A DNA stretch of 64,000 bases from the human T2T-CHM13v2.0 reference genome, Homo sapiens, in NCBI RefSeq assembly GCF_009914755.1, contig NC_060948.1. The stretch is one strand, 5' to 3'. Under the pieces are notes generated by a model. That model did not search any database, was not told the origin of the DNA, and saw only the letters and a list, made by a program, of their open reading frames with translations. Below, piece by piece: positions 49,942-64,000 of this stretch. The first letter of the stretch is position 1. Each line of letters starts with the position of its first letter. The position numbers were made by a program, and so were the translations under genes.

Positions 49942-52723
49942 GTATTTTTTATTATACTTTAAGTTGTAGGGTACATGTGCACAATGTGCAGGTTTGTTAC
50001 ATATGTACACTAGTGCTGTGTTAGTTTGCAGCACCCATTAACTCATCATTTACATTAGGTATTTCTCCTAATGCTATATCCCTCCCCCAAAACCCCACCC
50101 CATGTCAGACCCCAGTGTGTGATGTTCCCTGTCCTGTGTCCAAGTGTTCTCATTGTTAAATTCCCACCTATGAGTGAGAACATGCAGTGTTTTTGGCTTT
50201 CTGCCCTTGTGATAATTTGCTAAGAATGATGGTTTCCAGCTTCATCCATGTGCCTACAAAGGACATGAACTCATCACTTTTTATGGCTGCACAGTATTCC
50301 ATGGTGTATATGTCCAACATTTTCTTAATCCAGTCTATTATTGTTCGACATTTGGGTTGGTTCCAAGTCTGTGTTATTGTGAATAGTGCCGCAATAAACA
50401 TACATGTGCATGTGTCTTTATAGTAGAATGATTTATAATCCTTTGGGTATATACCTAGTAATGGGATGGCTGGGTCAAATGGCATTTCTGGTTCTAGATC
50501 CTTGAGGAATCACCACACTGTCTTCCACAATGGTTGAACTAGTTTACACTCCCATCAACTATGTGAAAACGTTCCTATTTCTCCACACCCTCACCAGCAC
50601 TTGTTGTTTCCTGACTTTTTAATGATTGCCATTCTAACTGGTGTGAGATGTTATGTCATTGTGGTTTTGGTTAGCATTTCTCTGATGGCCAGTGATGATG
50701 AGCATTTTTTTCCTGTGTCTGCTGGCTGCATAAATGTCTTTTGAAAATGTCTGTTCATATCCTTTTTCCATTTTTTGATGGGGTTGTTTGATATTTTCTT
50801 GTAAATTTAAGTTATTTGTAGATTCTGGATATTAGCCCTTTGTCAGATGGATAGATTGTAAAAATTTTCCCCCATTCTGTAGGTTGCCTGTTCACTCTGA
50901 TGGTAGTTTATTTTGCTGTGCAGAAGCTCTTTGGTTTAATTAGATCTCATTTTTCAATTTTGGCTTTCGTGGCCATTGTTTTGGTGTTTTAGTCAGGAAG
51001 TCCTTGTCCACGCCTATGTCCTGAATGATATTGCCTAGGTTTTCTTCTCAGGTTTTCATGGTTTTAGATCTAAGATTTAAGTCTTTAATCCACCTTGAAT
51101 TAATTTTTGTAGAAGGTGTAAGGAAGGGATCCAGTTTCATCTTTCTACATATGGCTAGCCAGTTTTCCCAGCACCATTTATTAAATAGGGAATCCTTTCC
51201 CCATTGCTTGTTTTTCTCAGGTTTGTCAAAGATCAGATAGTTGTAGATATGTGGCATTATTTCTGAGGGCTCTGTTCTGTTCCATTGATCTATATCTCTG
51301 TTTTGGTACCAGTACCATGCTGTTTTGGTTACTGTGGCCTTGTAATATAGTTTGAAGATAGGTAGCGTGATGCTTCCAGCTTTGTTGTTTTTCCTTAGGA
51401 TTGCCTTGGCAATGCAGGCTCTTTTTTTGTTCCATATGAACTTTATAGTAATTTTTTTTCAATTTTTGAAGAAAGTCATTGGTAAATTGATGAGAATGGC
51501 ATTGAATCTATAAATTGCCTTGGGCAGTATGACCATTTTCACAATATTGATTTTTCCTATCCATGAGCATGGAATGTTCTTCTATTTGTTTCTGTCCTCT
51601 TTTATTTCATTGACTAGTGGTTTCTAGCTCTTCTTGAATAGGTCCTTCACATATCCTGTAAGTTGGATTCCTAGGTATTTTATTCTCTTTGAAGCAACTG
51701 TGAATGGGAGTTCACTCATGATTTGGCTCTCTGTCTGTTATTGGTGTTTAAGAATGCTTGTGATTTTCACACATTGATTTTGTATCCTGAGAGTTGGCTG
51801 AAGTTGCTTATCATCTCAGGGAGATTTAAGGCTGAGACGATGGGATTTTCTAAATATACAATCATGTCATCTGCAGGCAAGGACAATTTGACTTCCTCTT
51901 TTCCTAATTGAATACTCTTTATTTCTTTATCTTGCCTGATTGCCCTGGCCAGAACTTCCAACACTATGTTGAATAGGATTGTTGAGAGAGGGTATACCTG
52001 ACTTGTGCCAGTTTTCAAAGGGAATGCTTCCAGTTTTTGCCCATTCAGTATGATACTGGCTGTGGGTCTGTCACAAATGCCTCTTATTATTTTGAAATAT
52101 GTTCCATCAATACCTATTTTATTGAGAGTTTTTAGTATGAAGCGCTGTTGAATTTTTTGAAGGCCTTTCTGCATCTATTGAGATAATCATGGGTTTTTGT
52201 CTTTGGTTCCGTTTATGTGATAGATTACATTTATTGATTTGCATATGTTGAACCAGCCTTACATTCCAGGGACGAAGCCCACTTAATTTTGGTGGATAAG
52301 CTTTTTTATGTGCCCTCTATTTTTATTGATTGGAATAGTTTCAGAAGGAATGGTACCAGCTCCTCTCCGTACCTCTGCTAGAATTCAGCTGTGAATCCAT
52401 CTGGTCCTGGAATTTTTTTTGGTTGGTAGGCTACTAATTGTTACCTCAATTTCAGAGCCTGTTATTGGTTTATTCAGCAATTCAACTTCTTCCTGATTTA
52501 GTGTTGTGTGGGTGCATGTGTCCAGAAATTTATTCATTTCTTATAGATTTTCTAGTTAATTTAATTTGTGTAGAGGTGTTTACAGTATTCTGTGATGGTA
52601 GTTTGTATTTCTGTGCAATCATTGGTGATATCCCCTTTATCATTTTTAATTGCATCTATTTGATTATTTTCTTTTCTTATTAGTCTTGCTAGTGGTCTAT
52701 CAATTTTGTTGATCTTTTCAAAA
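49942..52723 (-). mobile_element. 5'-truncated L1PA, ~2.8 kb, with internal deletion near 52315
   Basis: ORF2 fragments including [11 protein letters not shown] (51767-52174); flanks cacagtgtatttttt / cacactgtatttttt. Confidence 0.96.
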
Positions 52724-53844
52724 CTGTATTTTCACACTGTATTTTTTACTTCAGATATCATTGCATTTTCCTCTGGTTCCTGCACATATTTTAATCTATC
52801 AGTCTTTCTTTCTCCTTTTCAACATGATTCCTGGTTTTCTATAACCGTTGCTAAGTGCTTTGCATTTTAAATAAATTGCCACTTATTTTCTTAGTATGAC
52901 TTCCATCAGTCACATTAGTGAGAGTCATTGCAGAGGAGATAGGAAAGAACACAATCCAAAGAGCATTTAGTATAGAAGAGAAGCCGGAGCTATGACAAGG
53001 AGAGTGTAGAGAAGAAAAAATTCATACCTGGGCACCAGTCTATGGAGATGCTACAAAATCACCAAGGGGGGTGTTTTCTTCCATTTTGTTTTCCTATGCG
53101 TTGCTGATTTTAGGTTTGTTGAATAATGAACCCAAGTCTGGTTATGCATGTACTCATTTCCAAACAAAATCTAGTGTGGGGGCTGGTGCAGGATTGGGGA
53201 GCACTTGAAAGTGGGCATTTTTTTTATTCCTAACACCATTTATGCACATGACACTATTTGAGTAGATTCAGCCTCCTTTATACCTGGGAAACGACTCCCT
53301 CTCCAGTAAGCCCCAGTTTCCAGAAAGCACTATTGTATAATATCCAACTCAATCTGATCAATAACATTGCTAGCCTCAGCCTTGAACATCCATGGATTTA
53401 TAGACCTTGAAATAAAAGACATTCTGTAGGTTCTAAAGTTGTCTATATTTTCTCATCCTAAGAAAAAAAGAAAAGTGGCAAAGAAGGAAGGGGAGAGGGT
53501 AGAAGGAAAGAAAGAGCAGGAAGAGGGCTGGTCATAACACTTAGCCTCCATGGCTAAGAAAGTTCAGTTCCAGCCTGAAACCTCTTTGGCATGTTGAATG
53601 ATGTTCTGCTTCTATGAGTTCATGTTTACACTGGACTATCTTATTGTTTTAGGATGCTTATAGCTGAGCCTAAATTGTTATTCCATTACTTGAGTACTGA
53701 GGTTTCATGAAGTAATTGGAACACAAAAGTCCACTAACAGATTGCTTCTGTTATTGTTCTAATCTGAGCAGTGTTGAGTTTTCCTTCTTCTGTTAATGCT
53801 CTAACCTGAGCAGTGTTGAGTTTTTCTTCTTTCTAGGACAGACA

Positions 53845-54056
53845 TTGGCAATTGATGGTGCTAATCCAACCCAGACTACTTCTGTTTTTGTAAATGAAGT
53901 TTTATGGACAAGAAATCATATCATTTGTTAACACATTGCCTATGGCTCTTTTCATGCTGCAGAAGTAGATTTTAAAAATTGTAGAGAACCTATGGCCAAA
54001 AGAGCCTAAAATACATGCCCTCTGGCCCTTCACAAAAACCACTGGTTAGTCCCTGC
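53845..54056 (+). mobile_element. MER58A-like hAT fossil
   Basis: 'ctgtttttgtaaatgaagttttat' and 'agcctaaaatacatgccctctggcccttcac'. Confidence 0.7.
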
Positions 54057-54233
54057 TATATAAGATCAACAATTTTGTGTAACAAAGTGGGTAGCAAAAC
54101 AGATTCCTCATCAGTGATATGCTTCAGATATTACTGTTTAATATTTTCATGACTAATATGATATTGGCTAAATAAGAAAATAATTGAGAGAAAATTACAG
54201 GCCCTCTACTAATCCCTAAAGGAAATATTCAAC

Positions 54234-55157
54234 AGAGAGAAAGGAAGAAAAGAAACAGGAGGAAGGGAGAAAGAGGAAGGAAGGGAGAAAGTGAGAGAGG
54301 AGGAAAGAAAGGCAGGGAAGGATGGAGGGAGGGAAGGAAGGAAGGAGGAAAGGAAGGAAGGAAAGAAGGAAAGAAGAAAGGAATGAAGGAAGGAAGGAAA
54401 GAAAAAGGGAGAGTGGGAAGAGAGGAAGGAAGGAAGAAAGAAAAAGGAAAAAAGGAAGGAAGGAGGGAGGGAGAGATGGAAAGATAAAAGGACAATGGGA
54501 AGAGAGGAAGATAGGAAGGAAGGAACAAAGGAATGAAGGAAAGAAGGGAGAAAGGGAAGGAGAAAAGGAAGGAAGGAAGGAGGAAGGGAAGGAAGAAAGA
54601 ATGGAGGGAATGAAGGAAAGATGGAAGGAAAGAAGGAAGAAGGGAGGCAGGAAGCAAGGAAGGAAGGAAAGAAGGAATAAGGGAGAGAAGGAGTGAGGGA
54701 TGGCAGAAATGAGGAAGGGAAGAAAGAAAGGGGAGAAGGAAGAACAGATGGAGGGAGAACTGGAGAGACGGAAGGAAGAAAGGGAGGTGAGGAAGAAAGG
54801 AGGGAGGGGAGGAAGAACGGGCGGAAGTAAGGAAGAAAAGAAGGAAGAAAGAAAAAGGAAAGAAGGAATAAAGAAGGGAAGAAAAGAAGGAAGGAAGGAA
54901 GGACAAAGGGAGGAAAGAAAGGAGGGAGGGAAGGAAGTAAAAACGGAATGAAGAAATGAAGAAATGAATAAAGGAGGGAGGGAGAGAAGGAAGAAAGGAA
55001 AAAGGGAAGGAAGGAGGGAGGGAAGAAGGAAGGAGGGCTAGAAAGAGGAAAGGATGGAGGGAATAAAGAAGGGAGGAAGGGAGGAAGGAAGGAAGAAAAA
55101 AAGGAAGGAAGGAAGAAAAAAAGGAAGGAAGGAAGAAGGGAGGGAGGGGAGAAGGGA
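54234..55157. repeat. ~920-bp GGAA/GAAA-rich polypurine low-complexity tract
   Basis: Seen directly; source of the spurious 318-aa F/P/S/L ORFs. Confidence 0.97.
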
Positions 55158-55526
55158 GATGCCATACAAAAAGCAGTGCGACCATGTGGGAGGAATAAGT
55201 TCTACCCTAAATAAGAGCAATAAAATACGCAAGAAAAAGTATTTACTTCCATAATGTAAATGTCTTTCTACACATAAAATATCTGTCTGGACCACCAGTT
55301 GTATTAAAAAAAAAAAAAAACTACTGATGTTTACATACAGGGTTTCTTTCAGTATTCTGACTCCAATTTCATTCTTAACATTTTTTTCTCTGTGATATAA
55401 GACTAATTAAGCCTAACATTTGCTGTTCTTGGGAAAGATGGTTATTTCAACCATATCTAATAACATCTTATGGGTCTTCAGAATTGAAGAAGAGCTATAT
55501 TTTCATCTGAATATGTTGATATATTT

Positions 55527-55916
55527 TAATATGGTTAGGATTTGTGTCCCCAGCCAAATCTCATTTTGAATTGTAATCCCTATAATTACTATAATCTCCA
55601 TGTATCAAAGGAGAGACTTAGTAGAGGTAATAGGGTTATGGGGGAATTTTCCCCCGTGCCAATCTCACAATGGTGAATGAGTTCTTATGAGATCTAATGG
55701 TTTTATAAGGGGCTCTTTCCCCTTAGCTCAGGAGGTTTTCTTTCCGTCACCTTATGAAGAAGGTGTCTTACTTCCCCTATGCCTCCTGCCATGATTGTAA
55801 AATTCTTGAGGCCTCCCCAGCCATGCTAAACTGTGAGTCCATTAAACTTCTCTCTTTATAAATTGCCCAGTCTCAGGCAGTTCTTTGTAACAATATGAAA
55901 GTAGAGTAATATATTC
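55527..55916 (+). mobile_element. MST/THE1 MaLR LTR
   Basis: atatggttaggatttgtgtcccc...ctgtgagtccattaaac...cagtctcaggcag. Confidence 0.87.
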
Positions 55917-55952
55917 AGCTAGAATTTGGATGGTAGTTCTCCGTATGTGCAG

Positions 55953-56115
55953 CGATATAGTTTGGCTCTGTGAGCCTACCAAAATATCACGTTGAGTTTT
56001 CATACCCAGTGTTGGGGGATGGGCCTGCTGGGATGTGATTGAATCACGGGGCTGGATTTCTCCTTTGCCGTTCTCATGATGGAGTTCTTATGAGATCTTG
56101 TTGTTTGAAAGTGTG
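55953..56115 (+). mobile_element. 5' part of an MST LTR ending at an Alu
   Basis: gatatagtttggctctgtg...gtgattgaatcacgggg...tgagatcttgttgtttgaaagtgtg. Confidence 0.8.
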
Positions 56116-56617
<502 letters not shown>

Positions 56618-57439
56618 CTAGGTCAGACCTACAAATTTTAATGATTTAATATTGCCTCTAATGAGTTAAGAAACAGTGACTACCTTTCCACAGCAGTTTC
56701 CAGTTGCTATCCAAGTTTCAATGTAGGCTATGTCAATACTGAGAAGTGAATATCAGTTCAGAGAACTTTGCTAGATATCTTTCTTTTTTCTGTTTTTTTT
56801 CTTTCACCTTCTGCTCTTCACATGATAATAACCTTCCTTCAATAATGTGGAACAATACAATAGCTGTTCTTCAGCAATGTTTCTGCCAGACTTTAACAAC
56901 CATAATCTTTAGTACCAAATTCAAAAAGAATTACACTTTCAACATTGAAAGAATTACACTTTCAAAATTGTGCAGTGGCACAATCTTAACGAGGTCATGG
57001 AGTGAATATTTATATGTATTTTTCTTCATTTGTCATGAACATCCTAACTGTTTCATATCACCAGACTATCAAAATCTGTCATATTAAAATGCATATTAGA
57101 AAATTTAATATTCATAGTATAATGGATAATTTTTTTCCATTTCTGGAAAATATACAGTTGGAATTAATTATCCAATAGTGATATTTTAAAAAAAACTTCA
57201 CTTAATCTGTGAAAATAAGTGAGTAACTACAGAAAAATACACATGGGGCCTGAGACTGGAGTATGGGGTGAAAATAAGACAAATGTGTCAAGTATAATGC
57301 AAGATTAGAGTGAGAAGTCTGCAGTAAACTTAGACCAGACCACGTGTTCTTTTTCATCAAGTCTGCCTTAGGCACTGATAACTCTGAACATGGTCCTTCA
57401 TGTCTACAAACTTCCTTGTTCTCCATTGTTCTTGTTACA

Positions 57440-57860
57440 AAATTAAATTTCTAATGAAGAAATACACAAACATTACTGAAAAACGTAGAAGACAACAAAT
57501 ATAAATAAAGTCATATGGCATGATTTTGGATGAGATTTTTCAGTATTCTTAACATATTAAAACTTTTAGACTTAAGCTATCATGTTTGACACAACAATAA
57601 AGAGAACCACAGTGGAATTTTGTTCCATTCTTTAGATTAAAAAGTTATTTTTCTACTCATCTGGAAGGAGAAACATACAAGCATAGTCATGGCAATTTGA
57701 GAAAGAAGATCAATAGAGTAAGAGAGGGAGATTTGAAATATCTTGGTATAAATTTCAAATTATTAAAATACTGTTGTATTATAATAGCTGTATGGTGACT
57801 GATTATGCCAAAATGAAGTAGACAAAAGAAAAAACAAATGAAAACACAAAAAAAGCCAAA
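57440..57860 (+). mobile_element. Ancient L1M ORF2 fragment
   Basis: 'aaacattactgaaaaacgtagaagacaacaaatataaataaag' resembles decayed ORF2. Confidence 0.5.
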
Positions 57861-58065
57861 GAGAATTAGATTATCTTGTAATGCAAAGTTATAAGCATTT
57901 GGATTAACTCTTCAGGAAAAAAATCATTTCTTATCTAATTGAACCTCAGGATTAAATATAGTTATTAGGAGTCACTCTTCCAGTTCAAGAAAAAATATTA
58001 CTCTCATCCTAATAAACAAAACAATAGACATTTATTTAAAAGATCTTTTAGTCAAAATTTTTATG

Positions 58066-58372
58066 ATTTTTTGTTTGTTTGTTTGTTTTTTGAGATGGAT
58101 TCTCTATCTGTTGCCCAGGTTGGAGTGCAATGTTGTAATCTTGGCTCACTGCAAGCTCCGCCTCCTGGGTTCTTGCCATTCTCCTGCCTCAGCCTCCTGA
58201 CTCGCTGGGACTACAGGCATCCACCACCATGCCTAGCTAATTTTTTGTATTTTTAGTAGAGACGGGGTTTCACCATGTTATCCAGGATGGTCTTGATCTC
58301 CTGACCTTGTGATTCACCCACCTCGGCCTCCCAAAGTGTTGGGATTACAGGTGTGAGCCACCATGCTGGGCC
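58066..58372 (-). mobile_element. Alu (AluY-like)
   Basis: 'tgcaagctccgcctcc', 'gccattctcctgcc' and 'ccaggatggtcttgatctcctgacctt'. Confidence 0.94.
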
Positions 58373-58399
58373 AAAAAATTACGTTTTTTTAGAAAACTT

Positions 58400-59006
<607 letters not shown>

Positions 59007-59579
59007 TTAAAAATGTAATTAAAGTTCAGGAAACAATGAAACACCTATAAACTGAATTCAAAAAGTAACAAGATCTATATAAGAAAGAAAACACACCTGA
59101 CTATTTTCATTTTGGATTTGGAGAGGCAGAGGAAGCTGCTAATGTGGTAAAGAAGACACTAGCTAAACTTTTTATAAGGTGCAGTGACCACAGGCAGGTA
59201 GGCATGTCAGTTTAGACAACTGAGGAGTGCTAGTCTGTGAACGGATCCTCATCCACCTGCAAACTGCTTCCCAAACATCTCTACAGAGGGTAGAGTGATA
59301 GTATGTCAAATATGGTGCATACAGGAGGAGAGAGCTGGGAAGCATAGCTCCTCAGGCACAATCTACCCCAAGTTCATGGCAGCCTCTCTCAGAAGGTTGA
59401 GGTCAGGGAAGGAGAACTTAATGAAACGCTGCATGGACATCTCTGACCTTTACAGGATATAAGACAATAGCCCTCCAAACATTGAAGGCAGTGTCACAAG
59501 GTGGAGAAAATTCTCTTGGTGTACAGAAAGCTGGGCATGACAGACAGAGCAAATAGATACTCCAGCAATTCTCACAAAA

Positions 59580-60403
59580 TGACATTGAGATTTTCCATGA
59601 AAAAATCCAGAAATAAATACATCCCAAATTTTAAAGTACATGTTGTCCTAAGTAGCATGTATTAGTCCATTATCACAGTACTATAAAGACACTACCTGAG
59701 ACTGGGTAATTAAAAAGAGAAAAAAAGCTTAATTGACTCACATTTCCATATGGCAGGGAAGCCTCAGGAAACTTACATTCATGGCAGAAGGCAAAGCAGG
59801 CACATCTTACATGGCGGCAGGAGAGAGAGAGCATGCAAGCAGCGGAAAGGCTAGATGCTCATAAAACCATCAGATCCCATGAGAACTCACTATCACAATA
59901 ACAACATGGGAAGCCACCCCCCTCGATCCAATCACTTTCCACCAGGTTTCTCTCCATAAACACATGCAGATTACGATTCAAGATGAGATTTGGGTAGGGA
60001 CAAAAATCCTAACCATATCATAGCAGGATGAAATCTCCCATCATTACTCTCTATCCTGCCAGGGACAGGAATCATCTTTCTCTTCAGTATATCTGTTCTG
60101 TAGACAATTAGGAGTCATCTCAGTTATTGGAGTCATTGCCCTGGTATGGAGTGCTTATGGTCAAATAATCTTTATTTTCCTTAGTAATGGCCCCAAAGTA
60201 TAAGACTAGACATGCTGGCATATTATTATAATTGTTACCTTTTTTTATCAATTCTCTCACTGTCCCTAATTTATAAATTAAACTTATCATAAGTATATAG
60301 CTATAAGAAAAAATATAGTATCTATAGCGTTCAGTATTATCTTCAGTTTCAGGGATCCACATGGGCCTTCAAACATATCACCCATAATAAGGGGAAATTA
60401 CTG
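59580..60403. mobile_element. MER44/Tigger-derived fossil split by MST
   Basis: 'gatgaaatctc', 'aatggccccaaag' and 'taatttataaattaaacttatcata'. Confidence 0.65.
59658..60020 (-). mobile_element. MST LTR with 5-bp TSD tagca
   Basis: TSD at 59653-59657 and 60021-60025. Confidence 0.92.
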
Positions 60404-60464
60404 AAGTATAATTTTTTAAATGTTGACTAGGATATGTTAAAGATAAATATTGAATTCTCTACAG

Positions 60465-60965
60465 TCATACTTTCAGCAGAACTTTCTGAGATGACAGAAG
60501 ATGGGTTAGTGTCTTGGAAATGCTACAACAAAAATACCAGAGACTGGGTAGCTCATAAATGACACTAACATATTTCTCATAGTTTGGGAGGCTGGAAGTC
60601 CAAAATTAAGACAGCCTCAGATTCAGCGTCTGGTGAGGACTTGCTTCCTGCTTCATAGATGGCACCTTCTTGTGTTCTCACATAGTAGAAGGGGTGAGGG
60701 AGCTCTCTGGAGTACCTTTTATGAGATTTCTAATCCCACTCACAAGGCCCACTTTCACGACCTCATCACCTCCCAAAGGACACACATTCTAATATCATCA
60801 CCTTGACGGTTATCTTTCAACACAGGAATTAAGTGGGAGGACACAAATATTTAGTCTATAGAAGTATTGCATTGTTCAATATGGTAGCCATCAGCAACCT
60901 TGGATAGTGAAAGCTTGAAATGTGGCTAGTGTGAGATAGGGGCTGATTTTTGACATTGCTATTTA
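60465..60965. mobile_element. MER3-like hAT fossil split by an MLT1/MSTD LTR (~60503-60863, minus)
   Basis: 'agaactttctgagatga' and 'caatatggtagcca...ttgaaatgtggctagtgtga' flank the MaLR motifs. Confidence 0.65.
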
Positions 60966-60971
60966 ATTCTA

Positions 60972-64000
<3,029 letters not shown>

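Noticed and set aside
54209-55185. Two 318-aa ORFs, the longest in the track
   Set aside because: Translation of a TC-rich low-complexity strand that cannot easily form stops; composition is almost only F/P/S/L.

Overview
This is AT-rich, CpG-depleted primate genomic DNA, probably human. It carries Alu and L1PA elements and is dominated by interspersed repeats; I found no recognisable host protein-coding gene, rRNA, tRNA or CRISPR array. The main feature is a structurally complete but coding-dead 9.3-kb betaretrovirus-like (HERV-K) provirus on the minus strand (15895-25239). It has two ~0.9-kb LTRs resembling MER11D, so it is probably HML-7/HERVK11D. It also shows a perfect 6-bp TSD (TTCTAC), a Lys-type PBS, a PPT and readable gag, dUTPase-pro-G-patch, pol (RT/RNase H/IN) and env. 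Both -1 frameshift heptamers, a remnant pseudoknot, splice sites and a cluster of leader palindromes are still visible. The rest is a nested mix of L1 (PA/PB/M), Alu, MaLR (THE1/MST/MLT1), MLT2, a MER11 solo LTR, MER21, LTR47-like and hAT/Tigger fossils, plus simple repeats. Almost every ORF in the supplied track is an L1/ERV fragment or a low-complexity artefact. Repeat family names are from memory of consensus sequences, and old-repeat boundaries are approximate. I see no evidence of a wholly new biological system. The best leads are provirus details, an inverted LTR-end duplication, a 50-bp LTR minisatellite and two candidate orphan exons.
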